Below, one piece after another: positions 11,221 through 23,555 of a stretch of DNA of 64,000 nucleotides. Made by a program: the position numbers and the translations under genes. The DNA comes from Camelus ferus (Eukaryota). The DNA lies in assembly GCF_009834535.1 (NCBI RefSeq), contig NC_045696.1, positions 37,388,001 through 37,452,000 of the forward strand, written 5' to 3'. The notes beneath the pieces were generated by a model. It saw only the letters and a list, made by a program, of their open reading frames with translations. It did not search any database and was not told where the DNA came from. The stretch's first letter is position 1; each line of letters begins with the position of its first letter.

Positions 11221-14200
11221 AAATTAATTTAAATTCTTGTATACTACCACATAGTAGGATCTGTACTATTTATATACATTCAGAAAATATGAGGAAAGCG
11301 ATAAGCCAGATGAGTGTGTATAGATAGTATACGTTAATGTGTAGTTTCTTTTACACTCTCCCCTTGTATCTATTTCACTATATATATATATATATATATA
11401 CATATTCATACCTTTTACAGAAAAAATTGCTAGCCTTACTATTTAATGTGAAAAAAATTACTTTTTTTCATTTGTGTTCCATATAAATTATTGTTTTGTT
11501 TTGCATAGAAAAATATCAACATATCTTTTTAAAGATCAAGAAACTTTACATAACATATCTCACTCACAGTAAATATATCTATTGATGTGTAATTTCACTC
11601 CTGAATTCACCATGCATTGCTGTTGTAAAAACAAGTTTTCAAGCTTTTTGGCAATCATATTAACCTATTTTTCAATTTTTTGCTTTTTTTCTTTATACTT
11701 TCAAAGTTTCTTTCATACTCTTTTTAATATTTCTTTATTTACAGAACATATTGCTCATGTATTACTCCTAAAAGGATGTTGGGTTTACTTAGGTTGATTT
11801 TATTTTAATCATCTTTCCCTAGAAAAGCACAAAGCATCTTATTTTACCATCTAGGTCAGGGTGTTTGTGCCATGTGGAATAAAAGAGAAAATTATGTTAC
11901 TTTCTCCTAAAAATTTTAAGTTCTAGAGAAAGTCTGCTTTAAAGTTTTATTTTTGATTGTATCTTTTGTTTTTGTTCATGTGGTATCTCAAAGAATTATT
12001 GTTCTATAAGCAAAAATGATCATGCACATAATTCCTGTTCAAAAATTATAGACATGAATATTTTTACTTTTCTAAAGCACAACCAAAAACATTTTATAAT
12101 ATAGGTTTAATGAAATACATAATTTAATAATACAATAAATGTAAATATTACTCAGTATGTGTTTTTATACATTTTCTCATAGTATCTTCATCACAGGTAT
12201 GATGAAGTGCTAAGAGATTTGCTTACATTGAGAAGTCTCTTTCTCAAGCAATTGATTTACTAGTGTAACAAAGTGAGTTAGATGATGTACTATTTGCCTA
12301 GATTTTAAAATGTAAAATTTTCATGTAAGCAGGAATGTATATCCTAGCTTAATTTTCCCCAAGCCTAAAATATTTCTTTTTCAGTTTAAGAATGTATATA
12401 TTTTCTGCAGTCTCCTAGAGAATGATTTTATGATACGTATGAAATTTCTGGGGAAATACTGAAATAATCAAAATATAACAGCAAATATCAGATGGCGCTA
12501 ATAACAAAGTTCTATTGGTTATATCTGAACACACCCTAATGTTTAATATTTTATTTTGATTATAAGGAAAGCTATACATAAGGAATATTTCCCATTCCCG
12601 TAAAGACCAGGATACCTGTGCTGGGAAAAATATGGAATATTAACTTAAGCGAAATATTCATTATAATTCTATAATGACTTCTTCAAGAGAGTACAACTGA
12701 AGCCCAACAAGTAATATTCAGAATTCCTCTTCTTCATACATTTAAAAAGGTATGGATTAAGCAGGCTGATCTTTGGATAATGTATATAATGTGCCTATAA
12801 TGCAACAACTTCAAAAGTTCTTGTGACATAAAATGATTTCCTATTATGGTCAGTTACATATAATCACCAAGCTCAGATACCTTCATGAACAGTAAGGCAG
12901 AAGAGCCATCAGGTATGGCAATCTCCTCATCATTTTCTCAATAAAGTCAACTTCTAATTTCCTATATGTGATGTCAATTTCTGTGAGTCCGGTTACTGCT
13001 CATAGATGCAATGAACAAACATATCTTATCATATTATGTTATGTATCAGGTACACACAACACAAACTACATAATCACTAGAAACATGAAAATGGATAGGT
13101 AATCAATGCCTACATCTGTGAAGCTCTATTTCTTCTGCAAGGACTTCAGCCAGATTTTCTTATGTCTAGTTGCTAAACTTAGTTTCATAATCAAGATTTT
13201 AGTGGAAAAGAAATTTTTTTTTTTTTTTTTTTAGTATTTATGGATGGATGCAAGCAGGAGCTAGGTAGAAATGCACTGGAGTTCTGGAATTTAGTTCTAA
13301 AAACTCTGTCATTCCCCTACCCACTGCTCTCTAAAATAAAGCCTTCTCACTTGTAGAGAATTAATTGCTTGCCCCCTAAATGCCAGGGCATTTCCCCATC
13401 AGAGTAATTTATTGCAAACCAGTCAGATCTCTGTAACTCATTCTTCTGGGTATCAAGTCCTCAGAATAGTCTTCACCTGTATAAGAAGGAGACTATTCTG
13501 TGTAATGTGCATTTGTCAATTATTAGTGTAAAACATCATCATATCATTTACCATATTTCCCACAATGAGGCTGCATTTTCAATGGCCTAACTTGCTATGA
13601 TATTTCTTGTAGTAATATAACTTTTACAATGTTCCACATCCAACATTAGAGTGAATTATTTTTCAGGTCTCCCTACTCACTTCCCAAATTAATGACAATT
13701 TGATGATACATGAGTTTCATTGCCTTTTTGTTCTTAGATACTGTAGGGAGATTTCTCAGCGAGTCTTTTCTACTTTCTGGGTCTTTTATTCTTAATTTTC
13801 TTATTGCAGTATATTTTCTACATTTCTTGTCCATACCCTTGAACTTTGCTGATGAAGTATTTTATTTTCCCCATTTTCCTTGAGAAGTTTTACAGCACAC
13901 TCTGACCAGGCCTTCTATATTTCTTCCTCTTCTCTTTTCCTACTGTCAACACTCCAATCCAACCTGAAAACTACAACCAAACTAATTTTCACCATGCCTT
14001 TCTCCTTCTCATAGATCATACAATGTTAGCTCAACTATCCCTCTACTTAGACTGCTTTTCAAGCCACCTCTCTTGTTTGTTTTGACAATGACCTTTGCCT
14101 CTTACTTGGGCACCTTGTATACTTAGTAAGCCTCATTCTACAGAGAATATGGTCTTCCAAGATTTATACTCAATTTTATTGGGTTATAAAAAAAGACTCA

Positions 14201-14242
14201 TCATGGAAAACAAACCAATAATAACAATAACCTATTTTTACA

Positions 14243-14420
14243 GCAGCAGTTCTTAAGTCTTAGTGTGCATAAGGATCACATTACCGAAGTGTTAAAAATG
14301 CACATTTGATTTTTCACTCCTAGATATTCTGATTGAATAGGAGAGGTTGGAAACCAGGGATACACATTATAGCAGAAATCCTAGTATATTTTGCTACAGA
14401 TGGTCTGAGACAATGTAGTG
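14243..14420. mobile_element. MER5-like hAT-Charlie MITE
   Basis: cagcagttcttaagtcttagtgtgcataaggatcac...gttaaaaatgcac...agatattctgattgaatagg. Confidence 0.6.
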
Positions 14421-16257
14421 ATATCCCAATAGCTGGAGCTCCTGAGAATATTTAGGGTTTTTTTCCTCTAGAAATTATACTCAGCATCTTTTTTGAAATT
14501 ATTCCTACCATGTTTGGTCTAGAGGGGGTCTAAGAAAGATATTTTTATTTCAGTGTCCAGGGAGTAAAATTCACCTGCAACTGTGGATGGGTAAATTTAA
14601 TTTACTCTTTCATTCACAATCTAATTCCTCCAAAAATATTTTTATTGTGTTAATTCTTATAAATGGTATAAATACTTTCTCACCATTTATAAGTATATTG
14701 TCAGTATCTTCTATGGCATTACCATCTTCTCTCTCTGAACTAGCAATGAACATGACTACCTATCCCAGATGTTTGATGTCAATTTGTGGATCAGGCAGAA
14801 AAATACCATTTGGTGCCTGAGGGAAACCAACCAATATGGTGGTCCTAAAATACCTTCAGGATTTTGAAAGATAGAAATTGTTTGTAAATACTAGAAATAA
14901 ATTCTTAGACTCTTTATTTTAAATTAAGAAAGTATTAAGTAATTATAAAATGCAATATCATGTTTCCTAAAAAATATATATAAATATGTATAGTCTACCT
15001 TAACCCATTTCTGTCAAAAACTGTAAGTTGTGAAATGAATAATCTTAAGAAAAGAAATATTTAATGTTATTATTTCCTGTTACCTTTTTCATTATGAATA
15101 TCCCAAATTAATTACAGCAACAATATTCCACTTTTATTTTATGCATAGTACTTTAGGAAAACTTCCAGATAGACTGTTAATTTCAAGATAAAGAAAAATT
15201 CCTTATCCTGGTAGCTATTAACATTATGTGATATGGCAGTAACTCAACTTTAAAGTTTAAGGAATAAACACTCTCCCACCCTCAATAATATTGCACAGTG
15301 GAATGATCAAACTACCACCTGCTCTGATTAGTGGGAAATTTTCCTTCTCTTCTAGAATTCCTGTCTGTTTTACATCCAGGTGTTTACTAATGGTTGACAT
15401 GCTGCTCTGTCACAGTGCTAAGATACTCTTTCCTGAGGTTTAGAAGCAAAACAAGTGTGGTTACTTATTTGTTAAAACGAGCTGCCTTGCAGACATAGGT
15501 GTAAAATGGACATAGGAAAGAGGAAAGATTTCTGCACTTCTCCCATGCACAGGTGTTATGGCCAAAGAACTGTCTCTGGAAGAACAAATGACTCAGTCCT
15601 TGTATTTGTATGCAGCTGAATGTCTCATGTTCATGCTGATCCGGACTCCAAAATACTGTTAGAGCTCCTCATACGCATTTACATGGAAAAACTATTTTCA
15701 CGTGGGCAGATACTGATGTTTGCCACCTCATGTATTCAGAAATATTCTGTGATCACTTTGCCCAGTCCATCCCAGGGCAGACCCAGTGCTTCAATTTCTT
15801 TTTACCAGATGATGATTTTGTTTGAAATTAATTTCCTGTCCCTGACTGTGTATATGTCTTTCTCTGGTTATCTGAATCTTGGAAACAAGAAACTAGTACT
15901 TCTCCAAGGACTTTATCTACATCTTTCCCCTCCTCCTTTTCCATCTTTCAATTCAACACGGTCATAGTATTTTTTTTGAGAAAATACAGGGAATATTTTA
16001 AGCCATAATTCACCAAACACATAATTGAAGTGCATTTTCAGAATGTGTTTTGACCAGCTTACTATATATTTTCTATATCATGATAATGTTCAAATTCATA
16101 TATTAAAACCTATTTTCTATCCTGAGCAACATGCAATCATTTCCAACTGTTCACCACTCATATTTACTTATATACATACATATATATATACACACATACA
16201 TATATATATCTATATCTCAATTCCTCAAACCCATCTGTAGAAGTTTTTCATAGACCA

Positions 16258-19042
16258 GCAGAAGACATCAAGACGATGTAGTAGAAGGATGCAGAACTCA
16301 CCTCCCACCACAAACACATCAAAAATGTGGAACAATCCTCACTAAAAACTAACTGGAGATTGGCAGAAGTAAAATCGTCACTATTCACAGATGACGTGAT
16401 AACATATAGAGAAACCAGAAAGTCTCTACCAAGAAACTATTAGAACTAATAAACAAATTCAGTAAAGTTACAAATGTGTGGGTTCTGGCCGGTAGAAGTC
16501 CCACGGAGTCGGAATGAATTACTCAAGACTCTATGGAAAAGTCAAGAGAGCAAGAGGGAGTTGGGAGCCAACTTCACGAGCCTCTCAAATCTCTTGTATT
16601 TATTGAGTATAGTCAAAGGAGGAATGCAGGAATTTAGGGAAGGACAGGGTGGGATCACAATGAGTACAAAGGCTTTGTTTATTGTTGGTGTTTGGCTCAA
16701 GGTCAGAGACCCTTTTTGGTGAATCATGTTCGTGTTGAGCCTTTCAGCTTATCAGGGTGGAACGTATGAGAATCAGCTGCTTAACAACTTGGACTCAGGT
16801 GGCTGTGCCTGTCTTAGGTTGCCCCCTCAGGGGATCTTACCTGTCTTTGGCTAACCAGCCTTCTCACCTCTGAGTCTGCAGCTCTCAAGGCTGTTTTGGG
16901 ATAGAAGACTAACAGCAGGCACGCCCAGCGTTTATAGCCAGGGGCCAGGGTCATGGCAAAAACCTCAAGGCAGTTACTAAGCACATCTTCTTTAAGGAGA
17001 TAAGCGGCTGGGATCTGTTACAATTTGTTAACCCAATCAAGGGCTCCCACACAAATGCAAGATTAATATACAGAAATCTGTTGCTTTTCTATGCACTATA
17101 ATGAACTATCAGAAAGACAAAGCAAGAAAGCAATGCCATTTAAAATTGCATCATAAAGAATAAAATACCTCGGAATAAACTTAACCAAGGAGATAAGATA
17201 TCTATACTTTGAAAGCTATAAAATATTGATGAAGGAAATTGAAGATGATACAAAAATGGAACATTTCCCTTGTTCTTGGATTGGAAGAATTAATATTATT
17301 AAAGTGTCCACACTACCTAAAGCATTCTAGAGATTTAATATCATCTCTATCAAAATTTCCATGATATTTTTCACAGAAATAGAACAATAACCTAAAATTT
17401 ATATGGAACTCCAAAAGACCTAGAATTGCCAAAGCACTCTTGAGAGAGAAGAACAAAGCAGGGGGTACCCTGATTTCAGACTATGCTACAAAACTACAGT
17501 AACAAAAACAGCTTGGTATTTGTACAAAAACAGACACACACATCAATGCAATAGAATAGAGAGCCCAGAAATAAACCAACATATTTATGGTCAATTAATC
17601 TACAACAATGGAGGGAAGAATATACAATGGAGAAAAGATAGCTTCTCCAATAAATGGTGCTGGGGAAACAGGACAACTACATATAAAAGAATGAAATTAG
17701 AACATTCTCTAACACCATATACAAAAATAAACTCAAAATGGACTAAAGACTTAAATGTAAGACCAGAAACCAAAAAAACCCTAGAAGAAATCCTAGGTGG
17801 AACACTTTTTGACATATATTGTAGCAATATTTTGTTTTGGATCTGTCTCCTAAAGCAAAGGCAATAAAAAGAAAAATAAACAAATGGAACCTAATTGAAC
17901 CTAACTTTTGCAAATCAAAGGAAACTATCAACCAAACAAAAATACAATCTATGGAATGGAAGAAAATATTTGCAAATGATATGACTGATAAGGGATTAAT
18001 ATCCAAAGTAAAAATGTAGCTCACACAAATCTATTAAAAAAAAACAACACAATTTAAAAATGGGTAAAAGTCCTGAATAGTCATTTTTCCAAAGAAAGTA
18101 TACAGATAGTCAAAATGCCCATGAAAAGATGCTCAACATGGCTAAATAACATTTGGGGTAATGCAAATCAAAACCACAGTGAGATCTCACCTCACATCTG
18201 TCAGAATGGCTATCATCAAAACGTTTACAAATAACAAAGTTGGCAAGGATGTGGAGTAAAGGTAACCTTTGTATATTGTTGATGGGGATGTAAATTGTTA
18301 CAGCTACTGAGGAACAGTATGGAGGTTCCTCAACAAACTTAAAATAGAACTACCATATGATCCAGCAGTTTCACTCCAGGGTATATATCCCAAGAAAACA
18401 AAACAACAACAAAAAACCCCACTAATTTGAAAAGATACAAGTATCCCAATGTTCATAGCAGTATAATTTATAATAGCCAAGATATGGAAGCAACCTAAGT
18501 GTCTGACAGCAGACAAATGAACAAAGAACATATGGCAAATATACATGTGTGTGTATATATATGCATATATAAATATAAATATAATGAAATATTACTCAGC
18601 CATAAAAAGAGTAAAATTCTACCATTTGTAAGAATGTGGTGGACCTAGAGGATATTATGTTTAGTGAAATAAGTCAGAGAGAGAAAGGCAAAAACTCTAC
18701 ATTATATGTAGACTCTAAAAGATAAAACAAATGTATATAACAAAACAGAACTGATTCACAAATATAGAGAAAAACTAGTGGTTACCAGTGGGTGGAGGAA
18801 AGGGTGGAAGGGCAAGATAGGGGTAGGGTATCAAGAGATACAAACAACTATGTATAAAATAAATAAGCATCAAGAATATACTGTACACATAGAGAAATAT
18901 AGCTATATTTACATATAGTTGTAATAACTTTAAATGGATTATAATCTATAAAAATGTTGAATCTCCATGCTGTACACCTGAAACTAATATAATGTTACAA
19001 ATAAACTATACTTCAGTTAAAAGTCAACATCCAACACTCAAA
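16258..19042 (+). mobile_element. LINE-1 copy: ~110 bp of 5'UTR fused to the 3' part of ORF2 and the 3'UTR; interrupted by a solo LTR
   Basis: 5'UTR start (catcaagacgatgtagtagaaggatgcagaactcacctccc) joins at ~16365-16369 to the ORF2 RT region (gtaaaatcgtcactattcacagatgacgtg). ORF 17520-17867 is ORF2-like ([18 protein letters not shown]...KWCWGN...[11 protein letters not shown]). Degenerate 19-bp TSD: agaagtttttcatagacca (16239-16257) / aaaactttttcataaacca (19043-19061). Confidence 0.93.
16477..17051 (-). mobile_element. Solo LTR of a class II (ERVK/betaretrovirus-like) endogenous retrovirus, 575 bp
   Basis: Inverted termini TGTGGG...CCCACA and an exact 6-bp TSD caaatg (16471-16476, 17052-17057). 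Removing it restores contiguous L1 ORF2 sequence. Minus-strand AATAAA at 16599-16604 and 16678-16683. GC/CpG content is higher than in the flanks. Confidence 0.9.
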
Positions 19043-19079
19043 AAAACTTTTTCATAAACCACCTTCTAAATACGTTTAT

Positions 19080-19530
19080 CTTTTTTATATTTTCCATTTA
19101 GAATCTAACATGATCTCTCTCACACAGAAAAATTGAGTTTTCTTTGCTTCACTCTTTGCTCTCAAGTCCAGGACATTATTATTACCCCAAAACTTGTTTC
19201 TCTCCTATTCAAAGAATTCTTTAAGTTTATCATTACTTCTTGTCCCAACCCTTATTGTATCTTCCTCTGATTACTTAAAAAACTATGTACATTCAAGCAT
19301 TTGCTTAAACTTGCTCCTTTGATTCTATTATGTTATTTCTTATTCTGCATCTAGAAGCTCATTCACTTTTTGGGTCAAAGTTAAATATCATATTTAGCAG
19401 AATAAAATTTGCCTCCCTATAGTTTGGTGCCAAAGGAGCATCAGAATATTGTATTATAGTCCATTATTTATATGAGTGTCTTCTACATTAAGCTGTGAAC
19501 TTCTTGAAGGCCGATAAAATGTCTTCCATT
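19080..19530 (+). mobile_element. L2 fragment
   Basis: Degenerate L2 3' motifs (gtcttctacattaagctgtgaacttcttgaaggc). Confidence 0.5.
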
Positions 19531-21059
19531 TTTATAACAATTCACCTGAGAGGGTCACAATTTCAGAGTTCCAAGTTACTTTCTGTACTGTGATAAAAGC
19601 ATTAGGGAAAGGGGGTCTAAGAATGCCTGAATTCAGCCTGCCAGTTATATCAGCTTTCAAGAGGGCTTCCAAGGGAAATCTACACATAAGAGGGAATCTC
19701 TGAATGGAAATCAAACACCATTTAATTTATAGCATTGAAAATTAGCAGTGATACTTTCTACTTGTGAAACAGGGACTGGTTGATAGATTACCTAGACTCT
19801 AACTAATCAGGTTCCTTCTCCCAAAGGTTAGAGGAGCTAAGAAGTAGTGTAGTTAAGCAGGCCAGGGCAGCAGAGGAAAGTGAAAAGTTCTCCTTCTCCT
19901 GGTATTAATAAGTATTCATATGGCATTGAGTCAAGCATTGTATCTATATTTAGTTCAGAGACTTCATATTTAGAGACTTCATAAATAGATAACACCGATT
20001 TTACAAACTCTATCCAACAGCATAGACGAAGAAACTTAAAATAATTCATGACATCTAGCTTCCTCCCTTGTCCTTCAAGTATTTCCATTAATGAACAAAG
20101 CTTTTGAGCATTTCATATATTTGAAGGCTAATCAAGATAATTTAATTATATGCCATCTCATTGATACACTGCAACACAGAGCACAGCTGTCAAAATGGCA
20201 CTGAGAAGGTCCTAAGTGAAGGCTACTTCTATACTGAAATACAATGTTTCCAGAATATCCTACATAAAACCAAGTACTGAGGTAGAAGATCCTTGCTCCT
20301 TCTTTGGATACAATTCAATATCCTATGGGATGATTTTAATATTTGAAAGGTTTTTTTTTAATAATGTAAGTAGTACTTACGAATATTTACAAAACCAAAA
20401 TCCACAGACAACAGTGCATAGATGTTATGAAGAAAATGGCTAAACTATTACTTAAGCAAGTTTTAAATATGATGATTAATCCATTTTTAACTGGCTTATT
20501 AATTTCTATTATTTTATATCTAAAGAGATAAACAGCATGGAGAAAATAAAGATGTCTCAAGTAAAAATAAATCATAAACATGTACAATAAAATTAGCATG
20601 GGTAAGAAGTAAAAAAACATAAGATTTGAAATTATATCCAATATGGTACAGGCACCAGAATTCCTTGCTCCTCACTTTCTTCATTTTGATTTTGAAAGAT
20701 TAATTTTTCAAAAAAGTTATTCTGATTATCTCATAAGACAATTAAGTTAATAAATGAAAATAAATTTAAGAAAATTATCGAAAATCTCAACATGTTGCCA
20801 AATGCAAGTGACTGATATTCATTATCAAGACCTAGAGTTCTATTTTCATTTAGGGGTTTGGGAGTATAATTTGCTCTTAACAATTGGAAGAATCCTATTT
20901 TTTTAACTTATAAGTAAACTGTAACTTTTGCTTGTTCACCAAAGTCTGAGGACACCCACAGCAGTGTTTCAAACTCATTACCTTAATATTAGATTGTGTA
21001 AGAAAATGTCACTGAGAACCAGGACTTCAGTGTTAACTTGCTGTTTCTTTTTCGCCAAG

Positions 21060-21670
21060 GGATAGCCTTATACACGTGTGAAGTCTGTCCCTAAAACTCT
21101 TCCTCTGGAGGCAAATGTTTCACTCTAATATACTGTGGCCTTCCAGCACTAAAATTCTCACTGTGTGTCATCCTTAGCTGGGCTCTAGCTAATCTGCCCT
21201 ATTCCTCTGACCTTACCTTCACATCTTTCCTCACTCATTTCCCAGCTGTCACCCCAGGCTTATTTCTGCTCCTCAAAAACACTGAGCATGTTCTCACCTC
21301 GGGGCTAGTTTGAGCGCACTGCTCTCAACACTTTGTATGGCTTGTTCCTTGATTTCACATAAGTTTGAGTTCAAATGTCACTTCCACAGAAGGGACTTTA
21401 CTGATAGAAATACCTGAAGAATTTTCCTGACTCTCAAAATCCCCAAGTCACTTTCTATCACATCTTCACATTATTTTTTATTTATATTTATATTATTTAT
21501 ATTTCCCTTTATTTTATTTAGTGCTTTGGAAATTAATGGATTTGTTTATTCATTTAAGAGTTTAATGTCTATATCTCCCCATAGACCAGACATATTATAA
21601 AAGGAGATATTTTCTATTGGATTCTGTTATCTCCCCAGTATTTGAAACAAACCCTGGCATATGAGTGCTA
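21060..21670 (+). mobile_element. L2 3' fragment
   Basis: gagttcaaatgtcacttccacagaaggg..., tctgttatctccccagtatttgaaacaaaccctggcatatgagtgct. Confidence 0.7.
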
Positions 21671-21697
21671 AACAGACACATGCACGCACGTTGTGCG

Positions 21698-21723
21698 CAC
21701 ACACACACACACACACACACACA
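21698..21723. repeat. (CA)n microsatellite
   Basis: Direct read of a perfect CA run. Confidence 0.95.
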
Positions 21724-21728
21724 ATGTT

Positions 21729-21925
21729 GTGCTGGAGCTGAGTTGCAATGATTCACAAGATTCAATTTTGCAAAACATCTTTTCCTAACTCTGAGGTCTG
21801 CAGCATTACACTGGTAGCTTGAAATTGGCCAAGTGGGAGCATTTCCTCCACACAAATCAGCAAACACTACAAATCAGGGGTTTTTTTTCCTTCTTCTTTC
21901 TGGAATCTGTTTTTAAACATTTAGT
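21729..21925. mobile_element. MER63-like hAT-Blackjack MITE
   Basis: ctggtagcttgaaattggccaagtgggagcatt...aaatcagcaaacactacaaatcaggg resembles MER63. Confidence 0.65.
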
Positions 21926-22216
21926 AGTCTATCTATGAATAATAGAATAAAAAGGTAACAAAATTCCTTTCTTATAACTTAGATCTCGAGTGAGGAAAAT
22001 ACATATGAAAAGAAACTTCATTCTTTCTGTTTGCAATTCCAGTGTGGTGAAAAAAAAATGAGAAAACAAAAACTGTGCCTCTAAGCCACTGATGAAAAGA
22101 GCAGCAGAAGACACCAATAGGAAATAATCCATCTCATTGTGAGTTGATGCCAAATAATTCTGAACAATAACCCATACTCCTGACTATGCATAATTGACCC
22201 GTGCATTCTGATAGTA

Positions 22217-23141
22217 TGTCAAGCTGAAGAAATTTCCCTCCACCTTTCTAGGTCCTTCTGGCTGGTCTCAGAATAAAACTGACATGAGATAAATTAACAG
22301 GCAAAAATCAAATAAAAGTTTAATAACATGTATACATGGGAGAGACCTGGATTTGAGTAACTCTCCAAAATGGCAAAAGTGCTCACCTTACATACGATCT
22401 TCAGATGAAGACAAAAGAGGATGCTGAGGTAGTGGTTTGGGACTTTAAAGGAGAGGAAGGAAATTCACATGGAGGTGGAAAAGCGTATGTTTGGTTAACC
22501 GATATTGGCTGGGTCTTGCCGTGGACTTTGATCTCCAGGCCCTCCTGAGTTTCCCCACCACATCTAGCATATTCCTTGCAGATATCTCTGGGGTAGTTCT
22601 ATTCTGGGAACAGCTAAGTGGGAGGTGAAAAAAAAAAACCCACTTCCTGAGTTTTTAATTTCTTAAAAATAATCAACCGAAATTAATGCTCATACCTGTT
22701 GACCAAAAAAAAAAAAAAATGTTCAGAAGTCTGCTAATATGAAAACAGTTTAATTGAGGCTTTAAGAATTGCAATTCAGGAGACACAGATTCTGGTAAAA
22801 CTGAGTGTTCCAAGGAAGAGGAAGAGTCAGAGGCATATAGACACGAAAGCCACAAGAATTGTTAAAGTTGCCTGGCTGTGACTGATCAGGAAATATTTGT
22901 CCTTAAAAGAATCATAAGTCGTTTTAAGGCAAGTGTCCTGGCAGATGTTCTGGATGCCACTGTTAGTACAGTAAGTGGTCAAGAGGTCAGATTCCATCCA
23001 CGCTGAGACATGCATAAGTCACACTTCCTTAATGGCCTCCTGCCACCCGTTTGAGAGCTCTCTTAGCAATAACTCTATTCTAGTTTTCTTTCTGCGTGCC
23101 AAACAGATGCATTTTGGAGTGGCAAATTTTGCTCCCCTACT
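22217..23141 (-). mobile_element. ERV1 (MER41/MER4-group-like) solo LTR, host of a nested LTR
   Basis: Right end attttggagtggcaaattttgctcccctac is the reverse of a MER4-group LTR start. Shares ttctggctggtct.agaat.aaa.tgacatgaga with the LTR at 44334-44888. Confidence 0.75.
22697..23096. mobile_element. Nested ERV1-like solo LTR (~400 bp)
   Basis: Begins TGTTGAC and ends ...ctgCG (CA terminus altered). Flanked by tacc (22693-22696) / tgcc (23097-23100), a degenerate 4-bp TSD. Removing it rejoins the host LTR (ctcatgccaaacaga...). Confidence 0.7.
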
Positions 23142-23555
23142 TCAATTTCTAAATTATGATCACAAAAACTGTTTGACAATTAACTTTTTCTAGTCATACA
23201 TAATATGCTAATATGCCCATTATCTTCAAGCATCCCTTTCTAATGTAAAGATGCAACAGGAGCTAAATTTCATACTTCTTTGATCTCAAAATACAAGCAC
23301 AACTTTTAGGCATCTTATTAACTGAAGACGGTGTGGCTTTTCAATGGTAAAACAACACTCTAGGTTGACTATTGCAGAATTTCAGTACAACTGAAGATAA
23401 TATCTGTCATTATGAATACAGGTAATTACTGCAAGAAATGACTCTTTACTGATTGTGGTGTTGCAATATGGGGGAATCTACTAGAGGGAAGTACTGAGTA
23501 GTTATCATCAATTGTATATTTATTATGCTGGGCATCACAGTGTGTTTTGTATCTT

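Noticed and set aside
12186..12290. Small hairpin with an ATGATGA box-C-like motif as a C/D snoRNA
   Set aside because: No box D (CTGA) at a suitable distance, and an 8-bp stem is expected by chance.
14560..14817. Minus-strand frame after a plausible acceptor (APNGIFLPDPQIDIKHLG*VVMF...) as a pseudogene exon
   Set aside because: It contains stops, I recognise no homologue, and parts resemble decayed L2.
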